DNA from: Gemmatimonadota bacterium
GTDB taxonomy: Bacteria > Gemmatimonadota > Gemmatimonadetes > Gemmatimonadales > Gemmatimonadaceae
Assembly: GCA_040389905.1 (NCBI GenBank)
Contig: JAZJZK010000014.1
Span: 192,001-256,000, forward strand
Direction of reading: 5' to 3'
DNA: 64,000 nucleotides
Part shown: piece after piece, positions 18,238-27,319 of the stretch
Numbering within the stretch: the stretch's first letter is position 1
Layout: each line of letters opens with the position of its first letter
Notes under the pieces: generated by a model
The model's database searches: none
What the model was told of the DNA's origin: nothing
The model's input: the letters and a program-made list of their open reading frames with translations, nothing else
Translations under genes and position numbers: made by a program

Positions 18238-20010
18238 TCAGAGCGCGTCCGGCAGAACGGCCATCACGACCTCGGCGCCGGCATCGATCTGTGCCGCGAG
18301 GGAATGGACCTGCGGTAAGAGTCTGGTGACGTAGAAACGCGCCGTCGCGAGGCGCGCCTCGTTGCGCGCTCCGCCCTGCTCCGCGGCGACCGACGCCATT
18401 CGCGTCCACATCCAGCCCGTCGCCACGAGGCCAAACATGCGCAGATATTCTACCGCCGCCGCGCCGATCTCGTCGGGGTTCTGCTCGGCGCGCGATGTAA
18501 TCGTTCTGGTCGTCTTCCGGAGAACATCGAGCGCCGCAGTTACCGGAGTCGCGATGTCTGCGATGGCGGCGTTTCTGCCGGCAGCCTCGAGATCTGTCGT
18601 CGCGATGGCGAACCAGCGCTGCGGCAGGCGTCCGTTGCCCTCCGAAATTTTGCGGCCGAGCAGGTCCATCGACTGCACGCCGTTCGTTCCCTCGTAGATC
18701 TGGGTGATCCGGGCGTCGCGCACGAACTGCTCCATGCCAAAGTCGCGAATGTATCCGTGGCCGCCGAAACACTGGAGCGCGAGGTTGGTCACTTCGAAGC
18801 CGATGTCCGTACAGAAGGCTTTCACCACGGGCGTCATCAGCGCGAGCAGGTCGCCCGCTTCATCGCGCGTCGCGTCATCTGGATGGCGGTCATGCACGTC
18901 GATGAGAATACCCGACCAGTACGAGAGCCCGCGCATGCCCTCGACGTAAGCTTTCATCGTCATCAGCATCCGCCGGACGTCGGGATGCACGATGATGGCG
19001 TCCGCCTCTTCCTTGGCGTTCTGCGCCCCGCGAAGCGAGCGGCCTTGCAACCGCTCGCGCGTGTAGCTCAAGGCGTTCTGATACGCGACGTCGGCGAGCC
19101 CGAGTCCCTGGATGCCGACGCCAAGCCGCATGGCGTTCATCATCGTGAACATCAGCTTCATGCCGGTGTGCGGCGCGCCAATCAACCATCCGTTGGCATT
19201 CTCGAAGTTGAGCACGCACGTCGCGTTCCCCTTGATGCCCATCTTGTGTTCGATGGCGCCACAGGTCACGCCATTGGCAGTGCCAATGCCACCTTCATCC
19301 GTCGGCAGGAACTTGGGGACGACGAAGAGACTGATGCCCTTCGTGCCCTTCGGTGCGTCGGGGAGCTTCGCAAGCACCAGATGAATGATGTTGCTCGTGA
19401 GATCGTGATCGCCCGCCGAGATGAAGATCTTGGTCCCGTTGAGCTGATAGGATCCGTCGCCGGCGGGTTTGGCATTCGTGCGGATGATGGCGAGGTCGGT
19501 GCCGGCGTGCGGTTCGGTGAGGCACATCGTGCCCCCCCACTCCCCGCTCACGAGCTTGGGAAGAAAGCGCTGCTGCAATTCCGGTTCACCGAATTGCGTC
19601 AACAGCGTCGTCACGCCGTGCGCGAGCCCTGGATACATGCTGAACGACAGGTTCGCCGCGCAGAGCAACTCATCGAACACGAAGCGCGACAGGTGCGGAA
19701 GTCCCTGTCCGCCGAACTCCACGAGCGCGGTCATCGCCGGCCAGCCACCATCGCAGTAAGCGCGGTACGCGTCGTGGAACCCCTTTGGCGCATGCACGAT
19801 GCCACCTTCGAGGCGACATCCCTCGGCGTCGCCGCTCTGGTTGAGCGGTGCGAGCACCTCTTCACAGAGCCGGCCGCCCTCCTCGAGCACCGCCTGCAGC
19901 ATGTCCGGCGTGGCGTCCTCGAAACCGGGAAGCGCTGCGATCTGACCGACGTTCAATACGTCGTTGAGAAGGAAGCGGACTTCATCGAGCGGAGCGCGGT
20001 ACGTGGGCAT
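18238..20010 (-). CDS. Acyl-CoA dehydrogenase (long form with C-terminal domain)
   Basis: MPTYRAP, TMCLTEPHAGTDL, GTKIFIS, EHKMGI, FGGHGYI, IYEGTNGVQ. Confidence 0.95.
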   Translation of the reverse strand: MPTYRAPLDEVRFLLNDVLNVGQIAALPGFEDATPDMLQAVLEEGGRLCEEVLAPLNQSGDAEGCRLEGGIVHAPKGFHDAYRAYCDGGWPAMTALVEFGGQGLPHLSRFVFDELLCAANLSFSMYPGLAHGVTTLLTQFGEPELQQRFLPKLVSGEWGGTMCLTEPHAGTDLAIIRTNAKPAGDGSYQLNGTKIFISAGDHDLTSNIIHLVLAKLPDAPKGTKGISLFVVPKFLPTDEGGIGTANGVTCGAIEHKMGIKGNATCVLNFENANGWLIGAPHTGMKLMFTMMNAMRLGVGIQGLGLADVAYQNALSYTRERLQGRSLRGAQNAKEEADAIIVHPDVRRMLMTMKAYVEGMRGLSYWSGILIDVHDRHPDDATRDEAGDLLALMTPVVKAFCTDIGFEVTNLALQCFGGHGYIRDFGMEQFVRDARITQIYEGTNGVQSMDLLGRKISEGNGRLPQRWFAIATTDLEAAGRNAAIADIATPVTAALDVLRKTTRTITSRAEQNPDEIGAAAVEYLRMFGLVATGWMWTRMASVAAEQGGARNEARLATARFYVTRLLPQVHSLAAQIDAGAEVVMAVLPDAL

Positions 20011-20022
20011 GCGTTCTGTGGG

Positions 20023-20679
20023 TTACGTGGCGAGCGTGGCGAGCCAGGCGACAAGCGCTGCTCCTGCAAGAAGCGTAGCCAGCCCCTTCAACCGAATCTT
20101 CTTGAGGTAAAACAGCAGCCCAAGCCCAGTCAGCGAGAGGAACACGAGGAAGATACCACTGGCATCGATCAGCCACGACCACGCCTGCCCCGCGTCGCGA
20201 CCGCGATGCAGGTCGTTCAACACCCCGACTGCGCCCTGATACGAGACCGTGAGCTTGTAGCGCCCGTCCTTCATGTCGATGAAGGTTGCCGCGGAGTAGC
20301 CGGGCGCCCGAAAGGTGAGCGCTCCCTCGCGATCGTCCTCGGTTCGGTCGGCCACCGTGCCATGCACACCGTGAGCACTGCGCAGGTGCTCGGAAACCAC
20401 CATCCAGTCGACGCCCTTGTCGCTCTTCCACGCTGCCGGAAGCGTTCCCGTGAGCTCCTCGGTTCGCTCGGTGGCAAGCCAATCGGGGTGATTGATCGTG
20501 ACGCCAGTGACGGCGAAGAACAGGACGACGAGGAGGCTGGCCATCGACGAGTAGATGTGCAGCCATCGGAGCACCGTGTGCACGCGCAGCCGCAGCGGAC
20601 GCTTGCGACGCGGAATGGCGCCGGCGTCTGGTACCGTCTCGACTACCAACGCGCTACTTCCGAAGGCGGTATTCGACAC
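20023..20679 (-). CDS. PepSY-associated TM helix protein
   Basis: RWLHIYSSM…LFFAVTGVTINHPDW, NDLHRGRD…WSWLID…SLTGL. Start uncertain. Confidence 0.85.
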   Translation of the reverse strand: MSNTAFGSSALVVETVPDAGAIPRRKRPLRLRVHTVLRWLHIYSSMASLLVVLFFAVTGVTINHPDWLATERTEELTGTLPAAWKSDKGVDWMVVSEHLRSAHGVHGTVADRTEDDREGALTFRAPGYSAATFIDMKDGRYKLTVSYQGAVGVLNDLHRGRDAGQAWSWLIDASGIFLVFLSLTGLGLLFYLKKIRLKGLATLLAGAALVAWLATLAT

Positions 20680-21244
20680 GAGCTCTCGCGATCTCTTCGT
20701 TCCCAGCGATGTCCGCGGCAACAGGCTTCGCAACGAGCGCCATGTCCTGCTTCATGACCTGATAGGTGCCGTGCTCGCGCGCCGCCTCGATGACGACCCG
20801 GTAGCTGCCCTGCTCCACGACGCCGCCACGATCGTCGCGCCCGTTCCAGCTGACGCTGTATCGCCCGGGAAGGCGAGTGGCGCTCGAAACGGTTGCCACG
20901 AGATCTGGCCCGTTCGCTGCCTCGACATCACGATCCACCGCAAACCATTTGCGCAGTTCGCGGATGTACCTCGGCCCCTTACCGCTGGTGTTGACCCAGA
21001 GACTGAGCGTTCGCACCGGTTTGCCGGTCGCATCCTCGACCCACACGGCGACGTAGGGGCGATGATAGCGGCCGCCACCAGGGGTCGCGATTTCGAGGTC
21101 GACCGCGAGCTCGAAGCGGTCGTCCCACTTCGGCGCGGCGGGGCGCTTGAACGCAGCAAGGCCAGTAATGGCCAGCACGGCTCCCGCCATGCGCGCGAGC
21201 AGATCGCGGCGGCCGAGCGGTTGATTCGAATCTATGTGGGACAT
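20654..21244 (-). CDS. DUF2271 protein (predicted flavinylation substrate) with Tat-like signal
   Basis: GRRDLL plus hydrophobic region, YHRPYVAVWVED, VSSATR, WNGRDD, EAAREHG. Confidence 0.85.
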   Translation of the reverse strand: MSHIDSNQPLGRRDLLARMAGAVLAITGLAAFKRPAAPKWDDRFELAVDLEIATPGGGRYHRPYVAVWVEDATGKPVRTLSLWVNTSGKGPRYIRELRKWFAVDRDVEAANGPDLVATVSSATRLPGRYSVSWNGRDDRGGVVEQGSYRVVIEAAREHGTYQVMKQDMALVAKPVAADIAGNEEIARARVEYRLRK

Positions 21245-21267
21245 AATGTCATTTGTTGTGGGAAATT

Positions 21268-22212
21268 CTACCTGCGCGGACGCAACGCCCGATCGCTCCA
21301 TGATGCATTCGTCGTGATGGTGCCATCGTCCTCAATGAGCATACAGCCGATGTCCGGCGAACTGTTGGCGAACGCGACGCTCTCGTGCGGCGCCATGACG
21401 CTGAATGCCGTAGAGAGTGCGTCGGCCGTTGCGCAATCGGGAGCGATCACTGACGCACTCGCGATGCGATGCGACGGAATTCCGGAGCGCGGATCGACGA
21501 TGTGCGACACGCTGTGTCCATTGGCGACGAAGCCGCGCCGATAGCTGCCGCTGGTGGCGACTGCGGCATTTCGAATGCGCACAACCACCAGTGGCGGCGC
21601 ATTATCCATGGGGGCGAATGGATCGCTCACGCCGACATCCACGTCGCCCTCACCGAGGTGCTGGACATCGCCCCCGATGTTGAGGAGCACGCCGCGCACA
21701 CCCTCCACTGATCGTGCGCACCGTGCTGCCGAGGAGACGATAAAGCCTTTCGCGATGGCGTCGAGCGAGACGGCAAGTTCGGTCAGGCGACGAGCGGTGC
21801 CGTTCGCGCGGTCGACGACCCAGCGCGGCTCATTTCGCGCAAGCGTACTCAGAACATCCGAAACGCGGATTTGGTCATCCGTGGCCAATGCCTGGATGAC
21901 CGCCTGCGCCGCGGAGTCGAACGATCCTACGGTTCGCTGGCGCCAGCTTTCGCACATGTCCAGAACTTCCGCGAGTTCCGGCGACACAGCCACGTCGACG
22001 GCATGCGTCGTCTGCCACCGCGCGAACTCACTCGAATCGGACCATCCGCTGAGGATGAGTTCCAGCCGGTCGACTTCGGCCAGCAGCAGCGCTTCGGCGC
22101 GCGCCGCGACCGATGGCGTGGTGGCAACAATACGCAAGTCGAGCGACGTGCCAAGTACGTGATCGTAGTGAACCGAATGCACGTACGGGCGACGCGTACG
22201 GAGGAGTCTCAT
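21268..22212 (-). CDS. apbE: FAD:protein FMN transferase (ApbE family)
   Basis: VLGT, LDAIAKGFIV, NIGGD, AVATSGSYRR, SHIVDPRSG, ADALSTA. Alternative start at 22251. Confidence 0.9.
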   Translation of the reverse strand: MRLLRTRRPYVHSVHYDHVLGTSLDLRIVATTPSVAARAEALLLAEVDRLELILSGWSDSSEFARWQTTHAVDVAVSPELAEVLDMCESWRQRTVGSFDSAAQAVIQALATDDQIRVSDVLSTLARNEPRWVVDRANGTARRLTELAVSLDAIAKGFIVSSAARCARSVEGVRGVLLNIGGDVQHLGEGDVDVGVSDPFAPMDNAPPLVVVRIRNAAVATSGSYRRGFVANGHSVSHIVDPRSGIPSHRIASASVIAPDCATADALSTAFSVMAPHESVAFANSSPDIGCMLIEDDGTITTNASWSDRALRPRR

Positions 22213-22256
22213 AGCGTGTTGTACACCGGATGGTCGGTCACGGTCGTTCAATACGG

Positions 22257-22751
22257 TCAGCTGGGACCGCCATCCAGGTCGCGCGTCATCTCGATCATCG
22301 TCCGCCGGAACCCCGTGCGCGCGAAAAGGCGCTGCGCCGCCTCATTGCGGTCTGCCGTCGAAAGCACGATTTGTGGCGCGCCGCGCGCCGCAAGCGCCGC
22401 GATCGTTGCATCGAGGAGTGCGCCGCCGATTCCCCGACTGCGATGGTCTGGATCGACGAGAATATCGTAGAGGACTCCAGCCGGCCCGCGCAGCGACATG
22501 TAGTCCAGTCCTTCGAGCCCCGCATACGTGTAGCCCACCGTGTTTCCCTCGAAAACCGCCACCAGCACGATGACGTTCGGCTCGGCGAGCTGTGTGCCGA
22601 GGAACGACGCGTATCCACGCTCCGTTCCCGGGGTGGCGGCGATGAAGCGCGTCTCGTCGAACGCATGGTGCGCGCGCACGAGCAACGCGCCGAGTCGGCC
22701 GACCGCGGGAAGATCAGCGGTCGTTGCGGGGCGGATAGTGGTGGAGGTCAC
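22257..22751 (-). CDS. GNAT N-acetyltransferase
   Basis: IRPATTAD, ILVDPDHRSRGIGGALL, NEAAQRLF…GFR. Confidence 0.9.
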   Translation of the reverse strand: MTSTTIRPATTADLPAVGRLGALLVRAHHAFDETRFIAATPGTERGYASFLGTQLAEPNVIVLVAVFEGNTVGYTYAGLEGLDYMSLRGPAGVLYDILVDPDHRSRGIGGALLDATIAALAARGAPQIVLSTADRNEAAQRLFARTGFRRTMIEMTRDLDGGPS

Positions 22752-22816
22752 GGTGTCTTGAACTTAGCGCGGCAACGCGCTCAGCGTCGGACGCAACGAT
22801 GCCGGTTGCGCGCCCG

Positions 22817-23491
22817 TCAGGGCGTACCCTCAAAATCGATGTTCGTCGGACTCGTGCCGGCTTTGAGATAGGCGGCAATCGTCGTTGCCGGATCGATCGT
22901 GTTTGCCCGCGGCGCATCGAACATGTTCGTGGACGAGACGCTATTCCCAACCGACTCGAGCTTCATGTCGTCGATGAACAGCGTGCCGCGACCTTGCAGC
23001 ATTGCCCCGATGAGGATGCCGAGCGCATTGGACGGGACGTCGAGCACGACCGAGACTTCGTGCCAGTCCGTTGTCCCGCTCTCGGGCCGGGTGCCCATGT
23101 TGTCATAGGCGGTAACCACACCAGCTCCATCCACTCGCATCCAAAGACCGGCGATCGGACCAACGAGTCCATACCCCTTGACCCACGCTGACAAGCGCAA
23201 GCGCTTCCCGCGATAATCGTCGACGCGGATCAGTTGACTCAGGGTCGCCACCTCTGGCGTGGCGAGCTTGGCGCCGCCCATCAGGTATCCCGCCGAGTGT
23301 CCGCCGTGCCGTTCCGAGAGGGCAATGCCAATCTCGTAGGCATCCAATGTTCCGAGCGTACCTTGCCAGCCCGGAGGAATGCCGATGGACTTTGCAGCCA
23401 ATTCGGGTTCGGCGGGCGTGTCAGCACAGCCGCCGATCGAGAGACCGGCAAGCACGCTGGCGAGCAAACGTACTCGGAGGTGTACACGCAT
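22817..23491 (-). CDS. Lipoprotein with galactose-binding-like beta-sandwich domain
   Basis: Lipobox IGG-C. YRGKRLRLSAWVK…GLWMRVDG…YDNM…GTTDW…VVLDVP…IDD pattern. Confidence 0.7.
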   Translation of the reverse strand: MRVHLRVRLLASVLAGLSIGGCADTPAEPELAAKSIGIPPGWQGTLGTLDAYEIGIALSERHGGHSAGYLMGGAKLATPEVATLSQLIRVDDYRGKRLRLSAWVKGYGLVGPIAGLWMRVDGAGVVTAYDNMGTRPESGTTDWHEVSVVLDVPSNALGILIGAMLQGRGTLFIDDMKLESVGNSVSSTNMFDAPRANTIDPATTIAAYLKAGTSPTNIDFEGTP

Positions 23492-23591
23492 CGAACGCGC
23501 TCCGAAAGGAGGTAGCGACCAACCGTTGAGCGGTTGCGTAAACTACAGGCAGCTGTAGGGTTCGCAACGTCACGAACCGCCGGTGATCTGC

Positions 23592-25607
23592 ATGATGCGC
23601 ACGTGTCGCGCCCAACGAGCGTTTCTCCTCTCAGCGCTGCGTGCTCCAGCGCTTCTTTGGTCGGTCCTCGCGTTTGCCATCCACGTCGACGCGATGGCAC
23701 AGTCCACCGCTGCACGCGTCGGGGAGTGGCCCGTGTACGGTGGGGACGCCGGCGCTACCAAGTACTCGGCACTCACGCAGATCAACCGCGCGAATGTCGC
23801 GACGCTCGAGATGGCGTGGCGTTGGCGCGTTGGCGAAGTGCCCATCCGCAATACCGACAGCACCAAGGCCGCTCGTCCGGGAAACTTTCAGGTCACACCG
23901 CTGATGATCGGCGACACGTTGTTCTTCAGCACGTCGTACAATCGCGTCGTGGCGATGGATGCTGTCACGGGAACGCCATTCTGGATCTACGACCCAGGCG
24001 CATACAAGGCGGGCCAACCGTCGAACGGCACCGGGCTGGTGCATCGTGGCGTCGCCGCGTGGAGCGATGGAAAGGAGCGACGCATCTTCATGAACAGCCG
24101 ATGGAATCTCATCGCACTCGATGCGTCGACAGGAAAGCCGATCAGAAGCTTTGGCGACACCGGCGTCGTCGATCTCGTCGCTGGACTGCGCCGTCCGGTG
24201 AACAGGATTCACTACACGAACACATCGCCGCCGGTCGTTTTCAAGAACCTCGTGATTGTCGGCAATGGCGTCGGCGACCGCCTCGTGTACAAGAGCGATC
24301 CACCGGGGGACGTACAGGCGTTCGACGTCCACACGGGAAAGCGCGTCTGGATCTTTCACACCATTCCGGATTCATCCGAAGTCGGCGTGGATACCTGGGA
24401 GCATGGATCGTGGCGAACGGCAGGACACACCAACGTGTGGGCGCCATTCTCGCTCGACGAGAAGCGCGGCCTCGTCTATCTGCCCGTCAGCACCCCATCG
24501 AACGACTGGTACGGCGGCGACCGGCTCGGCAACAATCTGTATGGTGAGTCGATTGTCTGCCTCGATGCCAATACTGGGAAGCGGAAGTGGCACTATCAAC
24601 TCGTGCACCACGGGCTGTGGGACTACGATCCACCAGCGCCTCCGGTGCTCGGCACCATCCGCGTAAACGGCAAGACGATCGACGCCGTTGCCGTCGCCAC
24701 CAAGATGGGCTTTCTCTTCGTGTTCGATCGCGTCACGGGAAAGCCGGTGTGGCCGATCGTCGAACGGCCGGTGCCGGCGAGCGACGTGCCTGGCGAACGC
24801 GTGTCACCAACGCAGCCAATTCCCACGAAGCCCGCGGCGTTTGCAAGACAGGGTTTCACCGACAATGACGTGGTCGACTTCACGCCGGAGATCAAGTCAC
24901 GCGCGCTCGAGGTAGTTCACCGGTACAAGACCGGCCCAATGTTCACGCCGCCGTCGATGCAGGGCACCGTTGTGATGCCCGGCGCCATTGGCGGTTCAGG
25001 CTGGGGCGGCGGAGCCTTCGATCCCGAAACCGGAATCATCTATATCAAGGCGAGTAACTCGCCGGCGCTATACACGATCTTCAAGACGACGGCTCCATCC
25101 GACACAGTGGACGCCAACTACATGGTGGACTTGCCACGCTCGTCGCTCGGCGTGCGCATCGACGCGTCGGCTAACGCGGAGATCCCCGTCGTCAAACCAC
25201 CGTATGGGACGCTGACCGCCATCGACCTGCACACGGGCGCGCAACAATGGCAGGTGCCCCTTGGAGACTCGCCGGAGATTCGACGTCACCCCGCCCTCAA
25301 GGACGTTCCGCTTCCGCCGCTGCTCGGCGTATCAGGCGCGCCTGGTACAATCGTCACCAAGGGTGGGTTGCTGTTCGTGAGTGGCGGTGGATCGGTACTC
25401 TATGCCATCGACAAGGCGAATGGCCGCACGCTGTGGTCTGCTGACCTTGGACGGCGCGCGTATTCGGTGCCGATGACGTATCGAACTCGCGATGGCAGGC
25501 AATACGTCGTGATCGCAACCGGCGCGGGCGCGGATGCGGAGCTCGTCGCGTACTCGCTTCCCTCAAGTCGCGCCACAACGAGGCCTTCGGTCGGCAGTCC
25601 GATGTGA
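23592..25607 (+). CDS. Secreted PQQ-dependent dehydrogenase (glucose/quinate dehydrogenase-like)
   Basis: EWPVYGGD, FQVTPL, HRGVA, TSPP, YQLVHHGLWDYD, WGGGAFDP, PMTY. Start approximate. Confidence 0.9.
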   Translation: MMRTCRAQRAFLLSALRAPALLWSVLAFAIHVDAMAQSTAARVGEWPVYGGDAGATKYSALTQINRANVATLEMAWRWRVGEVPIRNTDSTKAARPGNFQVTPLMIGDTLFFSTSYNRVVAMDAVTGTPFWIYDPGAYKAGQPSNGTGLVHRGVAAWSDGKERRIFMNSRWNLIALDASTGKPIRSFGDTGVVDLVAGLRRPVNRIHYTNTSPPVVFKNLVIVGNGVGDRLVYKSDPPGDVQAFDVHTGKRVWIFHTIPDSSEVGVDTWEHGSWRTAGHTNVWAPFSLDEKRGLVYLPVSTPSNDWYGGDRLGNNLYGESIVCLDANTGKRKWHYQLVHHGLWDYDPPAPPVLGTIRVNGKTIDAVAVATKMGFLFVFDRVTGKPVWPIVERPVPASDVPGERVSPTQPIPTKPAAFARQGFTDNDVVDFTPEIKSRALEVVHRYKTGPMFTPPSMQGTVVMPGAIGGSGWGGGAFDPETGIIYIKASNSPALYTIFKTTAPSDTVDANYMVDLPRSSLGVRIDASANAEIPVVKPPYGTLTAIDLHTGAQQWQVPLGDSPEIRRHPALKDVPLPPLLGVSGAPGTIVTKGGLLFVSGGGSVLYAIDKANGRTLWSADLGRRAYSVPMTYRTRDGRQYVVIATGAGADAELVAYSLPSSRATTRPSVGSPM

Positions 25608-26194
25608 TGGACGACTCCCGCCTGGCCGAGCTGGGACGTCGTCTGCGCGCCGGCGACGTCGCGGCGTTCGACGAGCTGTTCCGCACGTTCAACGCACCGC
25701 TCTGCGAAGTCGTGGACAGTTATGTGCACTCGCAGGATGTCGCCGAGGATGCGGTTCAGGAGTTGTTTTTTGCGCTCTGGACGCGCCGCGCGACGATCGA
25801 GACGCCCTCACTGCGCGCCTACCTGTTCGCCGCGGCGCGCAATCGCGGATTGCAACACATCCGTCACCAGTCCGTGGTGGTCCGCTGGATCCGCCGCGCG
25901 CTGCATGACCAGAGCGTTTCCGGCACGACGCCGGTTCCGCGTCCCGACGAGATCCTGCAGGCGGACGAGCGGGCGGCCGCGCTCCGCGACGCAATCGACC
26001 GGCTACCGCCGCGCACGCGGCTCGCGCTCGTGTTGCATTGGGAGCACCAGATGACGCAGGCGGAAGTCGCGACGGCCATGGGAATCTCCGTTAAGGGCGT
26101 GGAGAAGTTGCTCGCGATCGCGCGCCGGAGGCTCCGCGAGCGGCTCGGTGCCCATTCCGACGACGGCTTAGCGCTCATACCGCCGGCACATTGA
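25604..26194 (+). CDS. ECF sigma-70 factor
   Basis: GDVAAFDELF, AEDAVQELF…LW, LRAYLF.AARNR, IDRLPPR…EVATAMGISVKGVE. Overlaps the PQQ dehydrogenase stop. Confidence 0.9.
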   Translation: MMDDSRLAELGRRLRAGDVAAFDELFRTFNAPLCEVVDSYVHSQDVAEDAVQELFFALWTRRATIETPSLRAYLFAAARNRGLQHIRHQSVVVRWIRRALHDQSVSGTTPVPRPDEILQADERAAALRDAIDRLPPRTRLALVLHWEHQMTQAEVATAMGISVKGVEKLLAIARRRLRERLGAHSDDGLALIPPAH

Positions 26195-26348
26195 ACGCGG
26201 ATTGAGCGGATGGAAAAAAGAAACAACGATCAAGCATAAAGCAGGAAATGCAGCCTTCTCCATGAGTCCCGTGGCGAGATGCTTCTATCGCGTCACATGT
26301 GAGAGAAATCTGTTTTTTGCTGTTTAAATCCGCTCAATCCGCGTTCAA

Positions 26349-26403
26349 TGTGCCGGCGCACGACTGCCGAGTGTGCCGGCGCACGACGAGCGAATGTGCC
26401 GGC
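26349..26403. repeat. Direct repeat with 23 bp period (TGTGCCGGCGCACGAC x2 plus TGTGCCGGC)
   Basis: Units start at 26349, 26372 and 26395, upstream of fecR. Confidence 0.75.
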
Positions 26404-26458
26404 CCAAGAAGCTTGAATAGGCAGGTAGGGGATTTGGCATCAGCTGCGTTCTTGCGTC

Positions 26459-27319
26459 ATGACACCCGAAGAGCCCACCCGCCGACGTTCCTGGCGCACC
26501 GAAGAGGTGCTGCAACAACTGCACGCTCGCATGGATGCCACCGGTGTGGATGCCGTTCACCGCACGCGCCCGCGAGTCCGCTGGGTAACGTGGGCGGCAG
26601 CAGCCGCCGCCATGATCGCCGTCGGCGTGGCCTCCACCATGATGGTCCGCACGCCGCCCGCCCTTGAAGCCCGCGTCGTCACGACAGCAGCGGGCCAGCG
26701 ACGCATTGTCCACCTTCCCGACAGCACCGTCGTAACGCTCGGCCCGGAATCGACGCTCCGCTACACGATCGGTGACAGCGCGCGCGCCGTCGAGCTGGAC
26801 GGAATGGCGGCGTTCCGTGTCGTCCACCACAGTGCACATCCATTCGTCGTGCGAGCGCGGGGGGCAGAAGCGACAGACCTCGGCACCGAGTTCGTGGTGC
26901 GCGCCTACAGCGGCGACTCGAGCGTGCACGTTGCCGTGGCGTCAGGTACGGTCGCGCTGACGAATCCTTCCGCTGCGGCACCGACGTCCGCACTAACGCT
27001 GCGCGCAGGCGACGTCGGCATGGTGCGGTCACACGATGCGCCGGTGGCCGTCCGCCAGGCCACCGCGGCGACATACGCGCTGTGGCTCAACGGCAGTCTC
27101 TCGTTCGACGACGAGCCGCTTGCCGCGGTTGCGAAGGAATTGGGACGCTGGTTCGACGCCGACATCCGCATCGCCGATCCTGCCCTCGCCAAGCGCCGCG
27201 TGTCAGCGATGTACCACGACGCCACGCTCGGCAACGTGCTCGACGCGCTCGCCTCGGCAATGCACTTCGAGTACACGCGATCTGGCCGCGCAATCACCGT
27301 GCGCCCGAGGTCGCGCTGA
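26459..27319 (+). CDS. fecR: FecR-family anti-sigma factor
   Basis: TM WAAAAAAMIAVGV, GQRRIVHLPDST, G.A.F.V.H, DLGTEF, LSFDDEPL…ELGRWF. Confidence 0.9.
   Translation: MTPEEPTRRRSWRTEEVLQQLHARMDATGVDAVHRTRPRVRWVTWAAAAAAMIAVGVASTMMVRTPPALEARVVTTAAGQRRIVHLPDSTVVTLGPESTLRYTIGDSARAVELDGMAAFRVVHHSAHPFVVRARGAEATDLGTEFVVRAYSGDSSVHVAVASGTVALTNPSAAAPTSALTLRAGDVGMVRSHDAPVAVRQATAATYALWLNGSLSFDDEPLAAVAKELGRWFDADIRIADPALAKRRVSAMYHDATLGNVLDALASAMHFEYTRSGRAITVRPRSR

Noticed and set aside
18757..20757. 666 aa plus-strand ORF
   Set aside because: Antisense shadow of the acyl-CoA dehydrogenase and PepSY genes, typical of high-GC DNA.
23500..23580. c-di-GMP-I riboswitch
   Set aside because: Only a loose GCGTAAACTACAGG resemblance. 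The GGCAAACC/GNRA P2 and receptor elements are not in register.
26349..26403. Mini-CRISPR
   Set aside because: The period is only 23 bp with 7 nt variable parts, too short for spacers.
27082..27318. N-terminal extension of the TBDR ORF
   Set aside because: It overlaps fecR. The signal peptide begins at ATG 27319.
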